Source: Myxococcota bacterium (lineage in GTDB: Bacteria > Myxococcota_A > UBA9042 > PHBI01 > JAWLBL01). Taken from it: 51,668 bases of DNA. Made by a program: the position numbers and the translations under genes. This document shows positions 9,517 to 19,072 of the stretch, piece after piece. The stretch lies in the NCBI GenBank assembly GCA_041687695.1, contig JAWLBL010000002.1, positions 1 to 51,668 of the forward strand. Direction: 5' to 3'. The notes beneath the pieces are model-generated. The model was not told where the DNA came from and ran no database searches. It saw nothing but the letters and a program-made list of their open reading frames with translations. Position 1 is the first letter of the stretch, and every line of letters starts with the position of its first letter.

Positions 9517-10926
9517 TCAGTCGCGCTGGAACTGGGCGGCGTCGAGCCCGTGCTTTCTGAGCAGGCGCCACAGGCTCTTGCGCTCGTGGCGCGCTTCGCG
9601 GCTGGCCCGCGACAGGTTACCGCGGGTGCGCTCGAGCAGCGCCTCGAGGTAGGCCCGCTCGAACCGGTCGATGGCTTCGGCGCGCAGCTCGGAGAAGGGG
9701 CGCGCGAGGTCGAGCGGCCCGGTGGCGGACCCGGCCGTGAGCTGGAGGTCGTCGGCGGCGACGATCTCGGCGCTGCCGGCGAGGACGAGCGAGCGGTGGA
9801 TGACGCTCTCGAGCTCGCGCACGTTGCCTGGCCAGTCGTGCTGCTCGAGCCGTCGCAGCCCCTGCGAGGTCAGCCCCCGGAAGCGCCGCGCGTGCAGGCG
9901 GTTGAAGCGGCCGATGCAGTGCTCGACCAGCAGCGGGATGTCGGTCGGGCGCTCGCGCAGCGGGGGCAGGCGCAGCGACAGCGTGGCCAGCTGGTACCAC
10001 AGGTCCTCGCGCAGCCGGGGCGCGCCGCGGAGGCTGGAGATGTCGTGCCGCGTCCCCGCGATGACGCGCACGTCGGCGCCGGCCTGCGGGCCAGCGGTCG
10101 TGCGGTGCTCGCGCGTCTGGATGAGGCGCAGCAGACGCGCCTGGACGCCAGGGCCGAGGCCGCCGATCTCGTCGAGGAAGAGCGTGCCGCCCTCGGCGTC
10201 GGCGACCAGGCCGCCGTCGCCGCCGCCGGCGCGGTCCGAGCCGCCGCCACGGCCGAACAGCTCGGCCTCGAGCTGGGCGTCGGGCGCCGAGGCGCAGCTA
10301 GCGACCACGAAGGGCCGGTGCGAGCGCGGGCTGCGGGCGTGGATGATGCGGGCCAGCAGCTCCTTGCCGGCGCCCGGCTCGCCGCCGATGGTGACCGGCA
10401 TGGGCGATCGCGCGATCGTCTCGACCTGGCGCAGGATCTCGCGGATGGGTGGGGACTGCCCGATGAAGACCGGCGCGGCGGGCGGCGCGGCGGGCGGCGC
10501 CTCGCGGGCGGCGGGGGGCGCGGGGAGCGCGGCGGGGGCCGCGACGAGCAGCCTCAGGCGATGGACCAGCAGCGGGTCCAGGAAGTCGTGCGAGACGATG
10601 TCCCGGGCGCCCGACGCCAGGGCCTGCGCCACGGTCTCGGGCCGCCGCCGGTCCAGGATCGCCAGGACGGGCAGGGGCGCTTCGCCGCTCGGACCGGCGC
10701 GACCCGCCTCGATGAGCGCCCGCGGCGCGTCGGGGGTGCGCCGGCCGTCGACCAGCACCGCCGCGAAGCGCTCGGTGGTCAGCATGCGCCGGCTCTCTTG
10801 CGCGCTGGCGCAGGCGACGACCAGGAAACCGTGCGCGTCCAGCAGGACCTGGACCTTCTGCTGGAGCACCGGATCGGGTGCGACCAACAGGACCCGGACC
10901 GAAGGGGGTGTGTCACCGTGCCACAT
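9517..10926 (-). CDS. NtrC-family response regulator (REC - AAA+ - Fis-type HTH) with the GAFTGA loop absent
   Basis: FIGQSPPI, GEPGAGKE, ELFG, GGTLFLDEIG, LREDLWYQL, LPPLRER, WPGNVREL, C-terminal GNLSRASR HTH. The REC domain is degenerate (LLVAPD in place of LIVDD). Confidence 0.9.
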   Translation of the reverse strand: MWHGDTPPSVRVLLVAPDPVLQQKVQVLLDAHGFLVVACASAQESRRMLTTERFAAVLVDGRRTPDAPRALIEAGRAGPSGEAPLPVLAILDRRRPETVAQALASGARDIVSHDFLDPLLVHRLRLLVAAPAALPAPPAAREAPPAAPPAAPVFIGQSPPIREILRQVETIARSPMPVTIGGEPGAGKELLARIIHARSPRSHRPFVVASCASAPDAQLEAELFGRGGGSDRAGGGDGGLVADAEGGTLFLDEIGGLGPGVQARLLRLIQTREHRTTAGPQAGADVRVIAGTRHDISSLRGAPRLREDLWYQLATLSLRLPPLRERPTDIPLLVEHCIGRFNRLHARRFRGLTSQGLRRLEQHDWPGNVRELESVIHRSLVLAGSAEIVAADDLQLTAGSATGPLDLARPFSELRAEAIDRFERAYLEALLERTRGNLSRASREARHERKSLWRLLRKHGLDAAQFQRD

Positions 10927-10997
10927 GCGCGGCAGGTTACCCGACCCGGGCCGCCGGACGGAAGCTCGCGTCAGGGCGCGTTACGCGCCGGGCGTCC

Positions 10998-11624
10998 TCA
11001 GTCGTCCTTCGCGCCGGCGGCGATCCACTCGCGGACGCGCTTGATGCGGCAGTCCGGGTCCATAGGCGTGGGCGCGCCGAAGGGCATCAGGTCGCCCTCG
11101 CCGACGGCGGGGGCCTCGAGCTTGTGCACCAAAAAGGACGCGTCCGGATCACCCGGGACCACGCGCAGCTTGCCAGGCGCCTTCAAGGCCGGGACGTCGA
11201 CCAGCGCGGCCCACGACTTGCCGGGCGACAGGTCCAGGTTGCCGGACTTCTTGGCGCCCGAGGCGCTGTGGCAGGCCCCGAAGGCGCAGGATTTGTTGAA
11301 GTATTCGGTCTGTAGCGACGACAGGGTCGCCTCGATCTCGCAGTCGTCGACCGGCGGCAGCTCGGCGGCGACGTCTTCGGTGGCGCTGTCGTGGGCCGCG
11401 TCCGAGCCCCCGTCGACCGTCACGTCGGGGTCGGGCTCGGAGGTGTCGTCGGCAGGCCCCTCGTCGGGCTGGTCGGCGTCGTCAGCCTTGGCGTCGTCGC
11501 CCTGGCCGTCGCCCTGGGCGGTGTCGGGCGTGGTCGACGGGGTGCCCGCGTCGTCACAGGCCGGGGCGGCCAGCGCGAGGGCGGCGGCGAGGGCGAGGGA
11601 GCGGACGGACGAGCGCAGCGACAT
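10998..11624 (-). CDS. Lipoprotein with an acidic linker and a C-terminal cytochrome-c-like domain (Cx4CH)
   Basis: Lipobox LAAPAC, SCAFGACH, and PGDPDASFLVHKL...MP...REWIAAGA, which resembles planctomycete-type cytochrome c domains. GGAGG RBS before ATG 11624. Confidence 0.7.
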   Translation of the reverse strand: MSLRSSVRSLALAAALALAAPACDDAGTPSTTPDTAQGDGQGDDAKADDADQPDEGPADDTSEPDPDVTVDGGSDAAHDSATEDVAAELPPVDDCEIEATLSSLQTEYFNKSCAFGACHSASGAKKSGNLDLSPGKSWAALVDVPALKAPGKLRVVPGDPDASFLVHKLEAPAVGEGDLMPFGAPTPMDPDCRIKRVREWIAAGAKDD

Positions 11625-11740
11625 GAGGACCTCCGAGGGCGAGTGGATACCCGAAGGCCGGCCTCGACGCCAACCGGAACCGTTCGATCGCCCACGCCTG
11701 GCGATGGACCCCACCGCCTCGGCGTCTATAGTGCGGGCCG

Positions 11741-13128
11741 ATGAGCGACCCCGACACCAGGATCCGACCCGAGCGCCTGCGCGCCGGCCACGTGGGCCCA
11801 GGCTCGGTCGACGCCTTCGGCCCGGGCGCCGAGCTGCTCGGCACCCTCGACGGCCGGCCGGTGCGCGTCGTCGGCGCCGTCCCCGGTGACCGCGGCCTGC
11901 TGCGGGTCACCCACGTGGGCCAGCACCAGACCTGGACCCGCCTCGAGCGGCTCGACGCGCCATCGCCGCATCGCGTCCCGGCGCCGTGCCCCGTCTGGCA
12001 GATCTGCGGCGGCTGCCCCTGGCAGGCGGCCTCGCTGGACGCGCAGCGCGCCGCCCGCCTCGACGCCCTGCGCGCCTCCCTCGGCCCGCTGCTCGATGGC
12101 GTCACCGTCCACCCCTGGGCCACCGCCCCGGTCCCGACCGCCTACCGCACCCGCGCCTGGATGATGGTCCGCGGGCGCCCCGGCCGCCTCCGCCTCGGCT
12201 TCTTCGCGCCGGGCACCAACGATCTGATCGCCGTCGAGCGCTGCGTCGCCCAGCACCCCGCCATCGACCAGGCCCTGTCTGCGGCGCTCGCCCTGCTCGA
12301 CCAGCGCGCCCTGACGGCGTGCGCGGCGCCGGCGACGACGGCCTCGTCCGCGCGCTCGGCTTCCGCCTCGACCCCGCCAGCGGCCGCGGACCGCTGACCG
12401 TGGTCGCCTCGCGCCCCGACCCCGCCTTCGCCGAGCTGGCGCCCGCGCTGCTGGACCTGCCCGCCGTCTCCGGCGTCTTCCTCAACGTGCAGCCCGCCGA
12501 CGGCGGCCCGGTCGTCGGCCCCGACACCCACCACCTGGCCGGCGCCCTGCGCCACCCGGTCACCTTCGACCTGGGCGATGGCGCGGCCCTGTCCCTGTCG
12601 CTCGGCCCCACCGCCTTCGTCCAGACCAACCACGCCGCCGCCGAGGCGCTGTTGCGGACCGTCGCGACCCTCCTGCCGGCGCGCATGGACCACCTGGCCG
12701 ACGTCTACGCCGGCGCCGGCGCCTTCGGCCTGGCCCTGCGCGACCGCGCGCGACGCGTGACCCTGCTCGAGGACGCGCCTGCCGGCGTCTCGGACGCCCA
12801 CTTCAACATCGCTGCCCTCGGCGCCGGCCACGTCGCCCTGATGCCCGGCGACGCCGCCGAGCGCCTGGCCCGCCTGGTCGCCCTCGACCCCGTCCCCGAC
12901 GCGGTCGTGCTCGACCCGCCCCGCGCCGGCTGCGCCGAGCCCGTCCTGGCCGCGCTCGAGCGCCTGGCCCCCGGCGCCGTCGTCGTCTACGTCTCGTGCG
13001 GCCCCAAGTCGCTCGCCCGCGACCTGCGCCGCCTGGCGGCCGCCTTCGCCACCACCGATCTGATCCCGCTCGACATGTTCCCCCACACGCCGCACCTCGA
13101 GACCGTCGTCCGCCTCGTCCGCCGCTGA
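11741..13128 (+). pseudogene. rlmD: RlmD/TrmA-family RNA (uracil-5) methyltransferase split by a 1-nt frameshift near 12321 (pseudogene or sequencing error)
   Basis: The 5' frame has a TRAM-like region, CPVWQICGGCPWQ and YRTR. The 3' frame has AFVQTN, DVYAGAG, VVLDPPRAG, YVSC and DMFPHTPHLE. One added base would join them. Confidence 0.8.
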
Positions 13129-13190
13129 CGGGTCGAGTGGCGACGGCCGCCGAATCCTTGTAAGGTCGGCGGCCTCTTGGAGGAGGCAGC

Positions 13191-15134
13191 ATGAGGCGAA
13201 CGAATCTGGCCGGGGCGCGCGCCCTGGTGGCGAGCATGGCGATGGCGGCGCTGGTGTGGCCGCTGGCGGGCTGCGACGAGGACCCGGCCGGGACGCGCGA
13301 CGCCGACGTGATCGCGCCCGACATCGTGCCCAGTGAGTGTCAATACGATCAGCAATGCCAGGGGCAGGTGACCACGGGCACCTGCGAGGTGGCGCGCTGC
13401 GTGTCCGGCCGCTGCGAGGCCGTCGCGGCCCCCGTGTGGTCGCCGTGCGAGCTGGCCGGCGCCGGCGAGTGCGAGCGCGGCGGGTGCAACCCCCAGGGCG
13501 CCTGCGTCCTGGTCACCGCCGACAACGGCACCCCGTGTGACACCGGGGCGTGGAACGAGTGCGTGGGGTTCCAGTGCCAAGGCGGCCTCTGCCAGGAGCT
13601 CGCCGTCAAGACCTGCAACGACGACAACCCGTGCACCGACGACACCTGCGTGCCCGGCACGGGCTGCGTGTTCTCGGCGAACGCGGCCTCCTGCGACGAC
13701 CTGAACCCGTGCACCGGCGGCGACACCTGCGCCGAGGGCGTCTGCGTCGGGACCGAGATCCTGTGCCAGTGCGACGTGGACGCGGACTGCGCCGCCTTCG
13801 ACGACGGCGACCTGTGCAACGGCGTGCTGATGTGCGACGCGGCGGCCGGCCTGTGCGTGCCCAAGCCGAACAGCGCGGTCACCTGCGACCAGGACGACGT
13901 GCCGCAGTGCCAACAGCGCGCGTGCGTGCCTGCGACCGGGCAGTGCCAGCTGACCGCCGGCCCCGACTTCGAGGCCTGCGACGACGGCGACGCCTGCACG
14001 GGCTGCGCGCCCGGCGAGAGCTGCGCGCAGAAGGACTTCTGCCAGGGCGGCGTGTGCAAGGCTGGCCTCGGCGAGCCCTGCCAGTGTGACGAGGACACCG
14101 ACTGCGTCGTGTTCGACGACGGCGACCTGTGCAACGGGGCGTGGACCTGCCAGGACGGGACGTGCGCGCTGGCCGAGGACTCCGAGGTCGACTGCTCGCT
14201 GCAGCAGGCGCCGCCGTGCCAGGCGCTGGTGTGCGACCCGGAGACCGGGACGTGCGGGGCCGAGCCGCTCGAGGACGGGGCCGCGTGCGACGACGGCGAC
14301 GCCTGCACCGGCGGCGACAGCTGCCAGGCGGGCGAGTGCGTGGCGGGCGCCGAGGACCTGTGCGCGTGCGAGGCCGACGAGGACTGCGCCGGGTTCGACG
14401 ACGGCGCGGTGTGCAACGGGACGTGGACCTGCCAGGACGGCGCCTGCGCCTTCGACCCGGCGACCGTGGTCGACTGCTCGGGCGAGGTCGTCGGGGCCTG
14501 CCAGATCGCGGTCTGCAGCGAAGAGGTCGGCGGCTGCGACGTCATCGCGGCCGACGACGGGACGGCCTGCGACGACGGCGACGCCTGCACCGGCGGAGAC
14601 GCGTGCCAGGCGGGCGCGTGCGTCGCGGGCGAGGTCGACGCCTGCGCCTGCGAGGACGACCTGGCCTGCGCCGGGTTCGACGACGGCGACCTGTGCAACG
14701 GCACATGGGTCTGCGAGATCGCGCAGGGCGAGACGGTCGGCACGTGCGTGGCCGACCCGACGCCGGTGACGTGCACGACCGAGGCACAGTGCGTGACGGT
14801 GGCGTGCGTGCCGGCGACCGGGCTGTGCGAGGAGACCATCCTCGAGGGCGGCGAGCCCTGCGACGACGACGACCTGTGCACCAGCGGCGAGACCTGCGCG
14901 GCGGGCGGCGTCTGCACGCCGGCCGAGACGGTGACCTGCGAGAGCGTCGGCCAGTGCAAGTCCAACACGTGCGACCCGGCGAGCGGCGAGTGCGTGGAGG
15001 CGAACCTGGACAACGGGACGCCCTGCGACGGCGCCCTGGCCTGCTTCACGGGCGATCAGTGCATGGGCGGCGTCTGCGTCGACGGCCTGGAGCTCGACTG
15101 CGACGCCTGCCCGTCGAACCCGCTCTGCCTCTGA
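13191..15134 (+). CDS. Cys-rich repeat lipoprotein (CDDGDACT / FDDGDLCNG modules), 647 aa
   Basis: GGAGG RBS, lipobox PLAGC, four CxCxxDxxCxxFDDGxxCNG modules and repeated CDDxxxCT units. Confidence 0.88.
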   Translation: MRRTNLAGARALVASMAMAALVWPLAGCDEDPAGTRDADVIAPDIVPSECQYDQQCQGQVTTGTCEVARCVSGRCEAVAAPVWSPCELAGAGECERGGCNPQGACVLVTADNGTPCDTGAWNECVGFQCQGGLCQELAVKTCNDDNPCTDDTCVPGTGCVFSANAASCDDLNPCTGGDTCAEGVCVGTEILCQCDVDADCAAFDDGDLCNGVLMCDAAAGLCVPKPNSAVTCDQDDVPQCQQRACVPATGQCQLTAGPDFEACDDGDACTGCAPGESCAQKDFCQGGVCKAGLGEPCQCDEDTDCVVFDDGDLCNGAWTCQDGTCALAEDSEVDCSLQQAPPCQALVCDPETGTCGAEPLEDGAACDDGDACTGGDSCQAGECVAGAEDLCACEADEDCAGFDDGAVCNGTWTCQDGACAFDPATVVDCSGEVVGACQIAVCSEEVGGCDVIAADDGTACDDGDACTGGDACQAGACVAGEVDACACEDDLACAGFDDGDLCNGTWVCEIAQGETVGTCVADPTPVTCTTEAQCVTVACVPATGLCEETILEGGEPCDDDDLCTSGETCAAGGVCTPAETVTCESVGQCKSNTCDPASGECVEANLDNGTPCDGALACFTGDQCMGGVCVDGLELDCDACPSNPLCL

Positions 15135-15294
15135 GGCCGTCGAGCTGGTCGGAAGATCTCGGGGAACCCGCCGGTTGCGAGCGCAGTCGGCGGGTTCCGC
15201 GTCCGAAATCCGCTCCGGCTGCTTGAATACCCCCGCCTCGCCCCCGTCTGAGCCCTCGCGCCGGTCACGGAACCCGCCGCTCAGGAGACCCGCC

Positions 15295-16935
15295 ATGCGA
15301 ATCAGCCCCCTCCTCACCCCCCTCGCGGCCCTCGTGGCCCTCGCCGTCGCGAGCCCCGCCTTCGCCCAATACGAGGGCGGTGAGGTCTACGACCACGCCG
15401 ACGACGGCGGCGACGACTTCGAGATCCCACAGGTCGACCGCTCGGGGTGGATCTGGGTCGACGGCCACTACGACAGCCACGGCGAGTGGATCGAAGGCTT
15501 CTACCGCGAGCCGCACCGCGACGGCATGGTCTGGATCGACCCGCACGTCGCCGAGGACGGGGCGACCATCGCCGGCCACTGGCGGCCGATGCAGGCGGCC
15601 CCCTCCGGCCACCTGTGGGAGGACGGCTACCGCGACGACGAGGGCTACTACGTCGCCGGCTACTACCGCGAGGTGGCGCGCCCCGGGTTCACCTGGGTGG
15701 CGGGCTACTACGCGGGCGGCGTGTACGTCTCGGGCTACTGGCGCCCCCTCGCCGAGCGCACCGGCTACGTCTACGTCCCCGGCCATGTCGGCTACGACGG
15801 CTACTGGGTGCCGGGCCACTGGCGCGAGGTGTCGCGGCCCGGCTACGACTGGGTCGACGGCTACTACGCGGGCAGCGTCTGGCACTGGGGCTACTGGCGG
15901 CCGCTGTCGGTGCGCGCCGGCTACCTGTGGGTGCCCGGCTACGTCGTCAACGGCGTGTACGTCGACGGCTACTGGCGCGTCGGGCACCGCAGCGGCTACT
16001 CGTGGGTCCCCGGCCACTACTACGGCGGGCGTTGGGTCGCGGGGTACTGGCACCACGGCCACTGGCGCCCGACCCGGCACCACCGCGTCGTCTACTACGC
16101 CAACTACCACCACCGCCGCGGCTACGGGCACTACCACCACCGCCACTACAAGCCGCGCCCGGCCCACTACGTCGGCAAGAGCCACGCCGGCGTCCACAAG
16201 GCCAAGGGCTCGGGCCATCCGGTCAAGGCGGTCGGCGGCAAGAAGGCGGCGCCGGCCCACAGCGCCCAGCCGGGCCGCCGCGACGGGCAGCGCCCCTCGG
16301 CCTCGCCCAGCCGCCGTGACGACGGACGCCGCAGCGCGACCCCGAACCACCGCGCCTCGAACCCGCGGCAGCCGGCGGCGCCCCAGGGCGGCCGCGCCGG
16401 AGCCGACCGCGGTGGACGCCGCGGCGCCGAGGCGACCCCCGGCTCGCGGGGCGCCTTCGACGGCCGCCGCAGCGCGACCCCCCAGCGCTCGGCCACCCCC
16501 CGCTACGACGAGCAGCGCAGCGGCCGCCGCGGTGACGCGGCCTCGCAGCCCTCGCGTGGCTCGCGGCCTCAGGCCACGCCCCAGCGCACCCCGTCGCGCG
16601 GTCACCAGGCGACCCCGCCGTCGCGCCGGTCGCAGCCGCAGCGCGCGACCCCGCCGTCGCGTCCGACGCAGCCGCAGCGTGCGACCCCGCCGTCGCGCTC
16701 GTCGCAGCCGCAGCGCGCGACCCCGCCGTCGCGCAGCCCCTCGCGCGACAGCTTCGGCGGCCGCAGCGCGACCCCCTCGCGCGGCAGCTTCGGCGGCGGC
16801 TCCTCGTCGCGTCCGCAGCGCGCCTCGAGCCCCTCGCGCTCGGGCGGCGGCTCCCGCGCCATGCCCTCGCGCTCGGGCGGCGGTCGGCCCTCGGCCGCGC
16901 CCAGCCGCGGCGGCCGCGGCGGTCGCGGGCGCTGA
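15295..16935 (+). CDS. Secreted WXXGXW (YXWGXW) repeat protein with a His-rich segment and an Arg/Ser/Pro low-complexity tail (about 546 aa)
   Basis: AGGAG RBS, signal peptide ending AFA, many W-V-x-G-[YH]-[YW] repeats, RATPPSR tail. Confidence 0.85.
   Translation: MRISPLLTPLAALVALAVASPAFAQYEGGEVYDHADDGGDDFEIPQVDRSGWIWVDGHYDSHGEWIEGFYREPHRDGMVWIDPHVAEDGATIAGHWRPMQAAPSGHLWEDGYRDDEGYYVAGYYREVARPGFTWVAGYYAGGVYVSGYWRPLAERTGYVYVPGHVGYDGYWVPGHWREVSRPGYDWVDGYYAGSVWHWGYWRPLSVRAGYLWVPGYVVNGVYVDGYWRVGHRSGYSWVPGHYYGGRWVAGYWHHGHWRPTRHHRVVYYANYHHRRGYGHYHHRHYKPRPAHYVGKSHAGVHKAKGSGHPVKAVGGKKAAPAHSAQPGRRDGQRPSASPSRRDDGRRSATPNHRASNPRQPAAPQGGRAGADRGGRRGAEATPGSRGAFDGRRSATPQRSATPRYDEQRSGRRGDAASQPSRGSRPQATPQRTPSRGHQATPPSRRSQPQRATPPSRPTQPQRATPPSRSSQPQRATPPSRSPSRDSFGGRSATPSRGSFGGGSSSRPQRASSPSRSGGGSRAMPSRSGGGRPSAAPSRGGRGGRGR
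16609..16734 (+). repeat. 36-nt tandem coding repeat, about 3.5 copies (QPQRATPPSRxx)
   Basis: gcgaccccgccgtcgcg recurs at 16609, 16645, 16681 and 16717. Confidence 0.9.
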
Positions 16936-16959
16936 GCCGGCGCGTCGGCGGCGCTCCAG

Positions 16960-17000
16960 AACGACGAAGGGCGGCCCCACAGGGTCGCCCTTCGTCGTTT
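16960..17000. terminator. Intrinsic terminator hairpin, probably bidirectional
   Basis: aacgacgaagggcggccc-caca-gggtcgcccttcgtcgtt: an 18-bp stem with one G-T pair, between convergent genes. Confidence 0.8.
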
Positions 17001-17032
17001 CGAACCCCGCCGGCCGGCGCCGGCGTCGGCGC

Positions 17033-18034
17033 TCAGGGCGTGGTCGCCTCGACGACGTCGATCGACAGCGACCCGCTGGCCTGGGCGTTGGCGTCCGGCC
17101 ACGAGATCGTGAAGGCGCAGGTGCCGACCTCCTTGCCCTTGACGGTCACCCAGCCGAAGCTGTTGGTCGGCGTGTCCTCGCTCTCGGGCGCCGTGCCGGT
17201 CGGGGTGACGTCACAGACCTCCGGCGAGTCGTTGGTGACCGCGACCTGGGTGAGGGCGCCGCAGACCGCCAGATCGCCGACGGTCGGCACCACGTTCACC
17301 ACGCTGGTCCCGTCGACCTTCACCTGGCGCGTCGAGATCCGGTGGAAGGCGGCGCCGTCGATCGCCGACAGCTCGACGAGGCGCAGCGTCAGGGCGGCGT
17401 CGTCGATGGTCGACGTCATCGTCACGTCGCCCGGGGTCGTGCCCGTTCGGAAGACCATGAACTGCTGGCTGGTCGAGGTCTGGTCGAGCGCCAGGCCGTC
17501 CTCGGGCGCCAGGGTCACCGGCCAGTAGCCGTAACCGACGACCGGCTGCCCGCTGGCCAGCTGCAGCTCGTAGACCACGGCCGCGTCCACGTCGACCGGA
17601 TAGGCGGCCGTCTCGCCCGTGGCGCAGGCGTGGCTCAGGACCAGCTTCTTCGCCTCGCGGACCTGCAGCGTGATGTGGTCCGCCTGCTCGGTGCCGTTCG
17701 ACACGTTGCCCCGGACGTCCAGGCGGGCGCCGCCGTCGGCCACGCCCTGCACGATGACCCGGTTGCCCGAGAAGCTGTGGACCTTCATGACGCTGGCGTC
17801 GTCGCTGGTCGCCTGCGTCACCTCGACCGTCCGGTTCGTCCCGGCCTGGGCGACGCGCAGCTGCAGCTTGGCGCCGGCCGCCAGCGGCTTGCCCGTGTCG
17901 AGCGGGTCGTCGTCGGCGGCGTAGCTGAAGGTGAAGTTGCCCTCCTCTCCGGAGAGCGTGGTCTCGCAGGCGGGCGCGACGGCGGCGAGGCCGGCGAACA
18001 GGCCGAGCCGCGCGCAAACGCGTGAAATCGTCAT
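17033..18034 (-). CDS. Hypothetical beta-rich (Ig-like) lipoprotein, about 333 aa
   Basis: Lipobox AVAPAC, Val/Thr-rich composition, typical codon usage. Start placed at ATG 18034. Confidence 0.75.
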   Translation of the reverse strand: MTISRVCARLGLFAGLAAVAPACETTLSGEEGNFTFSYAADDDPLDTGKPLAAGAKLQLRVAQAGTNRTVEVTQATSDDASVMKVHSFSGNRVIVQGVADGGARLDVRGNVSNGTEQADHITLQVREAKKLVLSHACATGETAAYPVDVDAAVVYELQLASGQPVVGYGYWPVTLAPEDGLALDQTSTSQQFMVFRTGTTPGDVTMTSTIDDAALTLRLVELSAIDGAAFHRISTRQVKVDGTSVVNVVPTVGDLAVCGALTQVAVTNDSPEVCDVTPTGTAPESEDTPTNSFGWVTVKGKEVGTCAFTISWPDANAQASGSLSIDVVEATTP

Positions 18035-18152
18035 GGATGGGCTCCTGATGGGGCGCGGCGAAGGGCCGCGGTCGAACGCATGCCCCTGCATACCCGGCGC
18101 GCGCGCTCGCCGCCAGTTTGCCCGCCCCCGCTGCGTCCGCTCGGCGGCCCCG

Positions 18153-18992
18153 TCAGGGCTTGGCGCTGTCGGTGTAGCAGCCCTTGGCGGCCGACGCGCA
18201 CGGCCCCCCCTCCAGCTGCGACTGCTGCATGCAGGTGACGAGCTGGTCGCCCGCCTTCCCCTTGCACGACTGCTCGAGGCAGATGAACAGCAGCGTCGCC
18301 CACATCTGCGCCGAGTGCCGGCCGTCGAGCAAGCACCCGTACGAGCACTCCTGGTCACCCTTGCAGTCCTGGCTGCAGGCGATGATGTCGAGGCACGAGT
18401 CGTCGCCGTGCGAAGGGTAGAAGCAGCTGGCGCCGCTGACCGGGCAGTGCTGGGTCAGGCAGATCCACGACGCCATCGAGTCGGTGTCCGTCGAGCACTG
18501 GTGGTCTTCGACGCAGGTCTGGAGCTTGTCGAAGTCGGAGCGCGCCGTGGCCGTGGCCAGCGCCTTGCACGTGTCCAGGTTGCAGAAGGGGTCACCCGGC
18601 TCGCACAGATCGAGGCACGCCAGGATGCCGCCGCAGGTCTCGGCCCGGCACGTCCCGGCCTCGCAGACCCACAGGTCGGGGCACGGCGCGGCGGCCACCC
18701 ACTTGCCCCCGTCGCACATCTCGATCACCCGCGGCGCGGCCCCACAGCGCTGCTCGCCCGGCTCGCAGCTCTCGACCGCGTCCGGTGTCTTCACGTCCTC
18801 GACGGTCTCGGTAGCGACGTCCGGCGCGGTCAGCGTATCCCCGGCCCCGACCGCGTCGCCTTCCTCCTTGGTCTCGGGCGTGTCTGAAGCCGGCAGCTCG
18901 GCGCTCCCCTGGGGCGTCTGCTTGACCTCGAGGCATCCCCCGGCCGCCAGGACCAGCACCCCCATCGCCCACCAACGGCCACCTACGCGCAT
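18153..18992 (-). CDS. Cys-rich hypothetical lipoprotein, 279 aa
   Basis: Lipobox LAAGGC, acidic linker, repeated CxxIxxCxxxC helical modules. Confidence 0.78.
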   Translation of the reverse strand: MRVGGRWWAMGVLVLAAGGCLEVKQTPQGSAELPASDTPETKEEGDAVGAGDTLTAPDVATETVEDVKTPDAVESCEPGEQRCGAAPRVIEMCDGGKWVAAAPCPDLWVCEAGTCRAETCGGILACLDLCEPGDPFCNLDTCKALATATARSDFDKLQTCVEDHQCSTDTDSMASWICLTQHCPVSGASCFYPSHGDDSCLDIIACSQDCKGDQECSYGCLLDGRHSAQMWATLLFICLEQSCKGKAGDQLVTCMQQSQLEGGPCASAAKGCYTDSAKP

Positions 18993-19072
18993 CGCCGACC
19001 CCCCCTTTGCACCATGGGCCCGATCCTAGCGCGGACGGACCCGCGAGTTCCACCTCGCGCCTGCGGCGGCGG

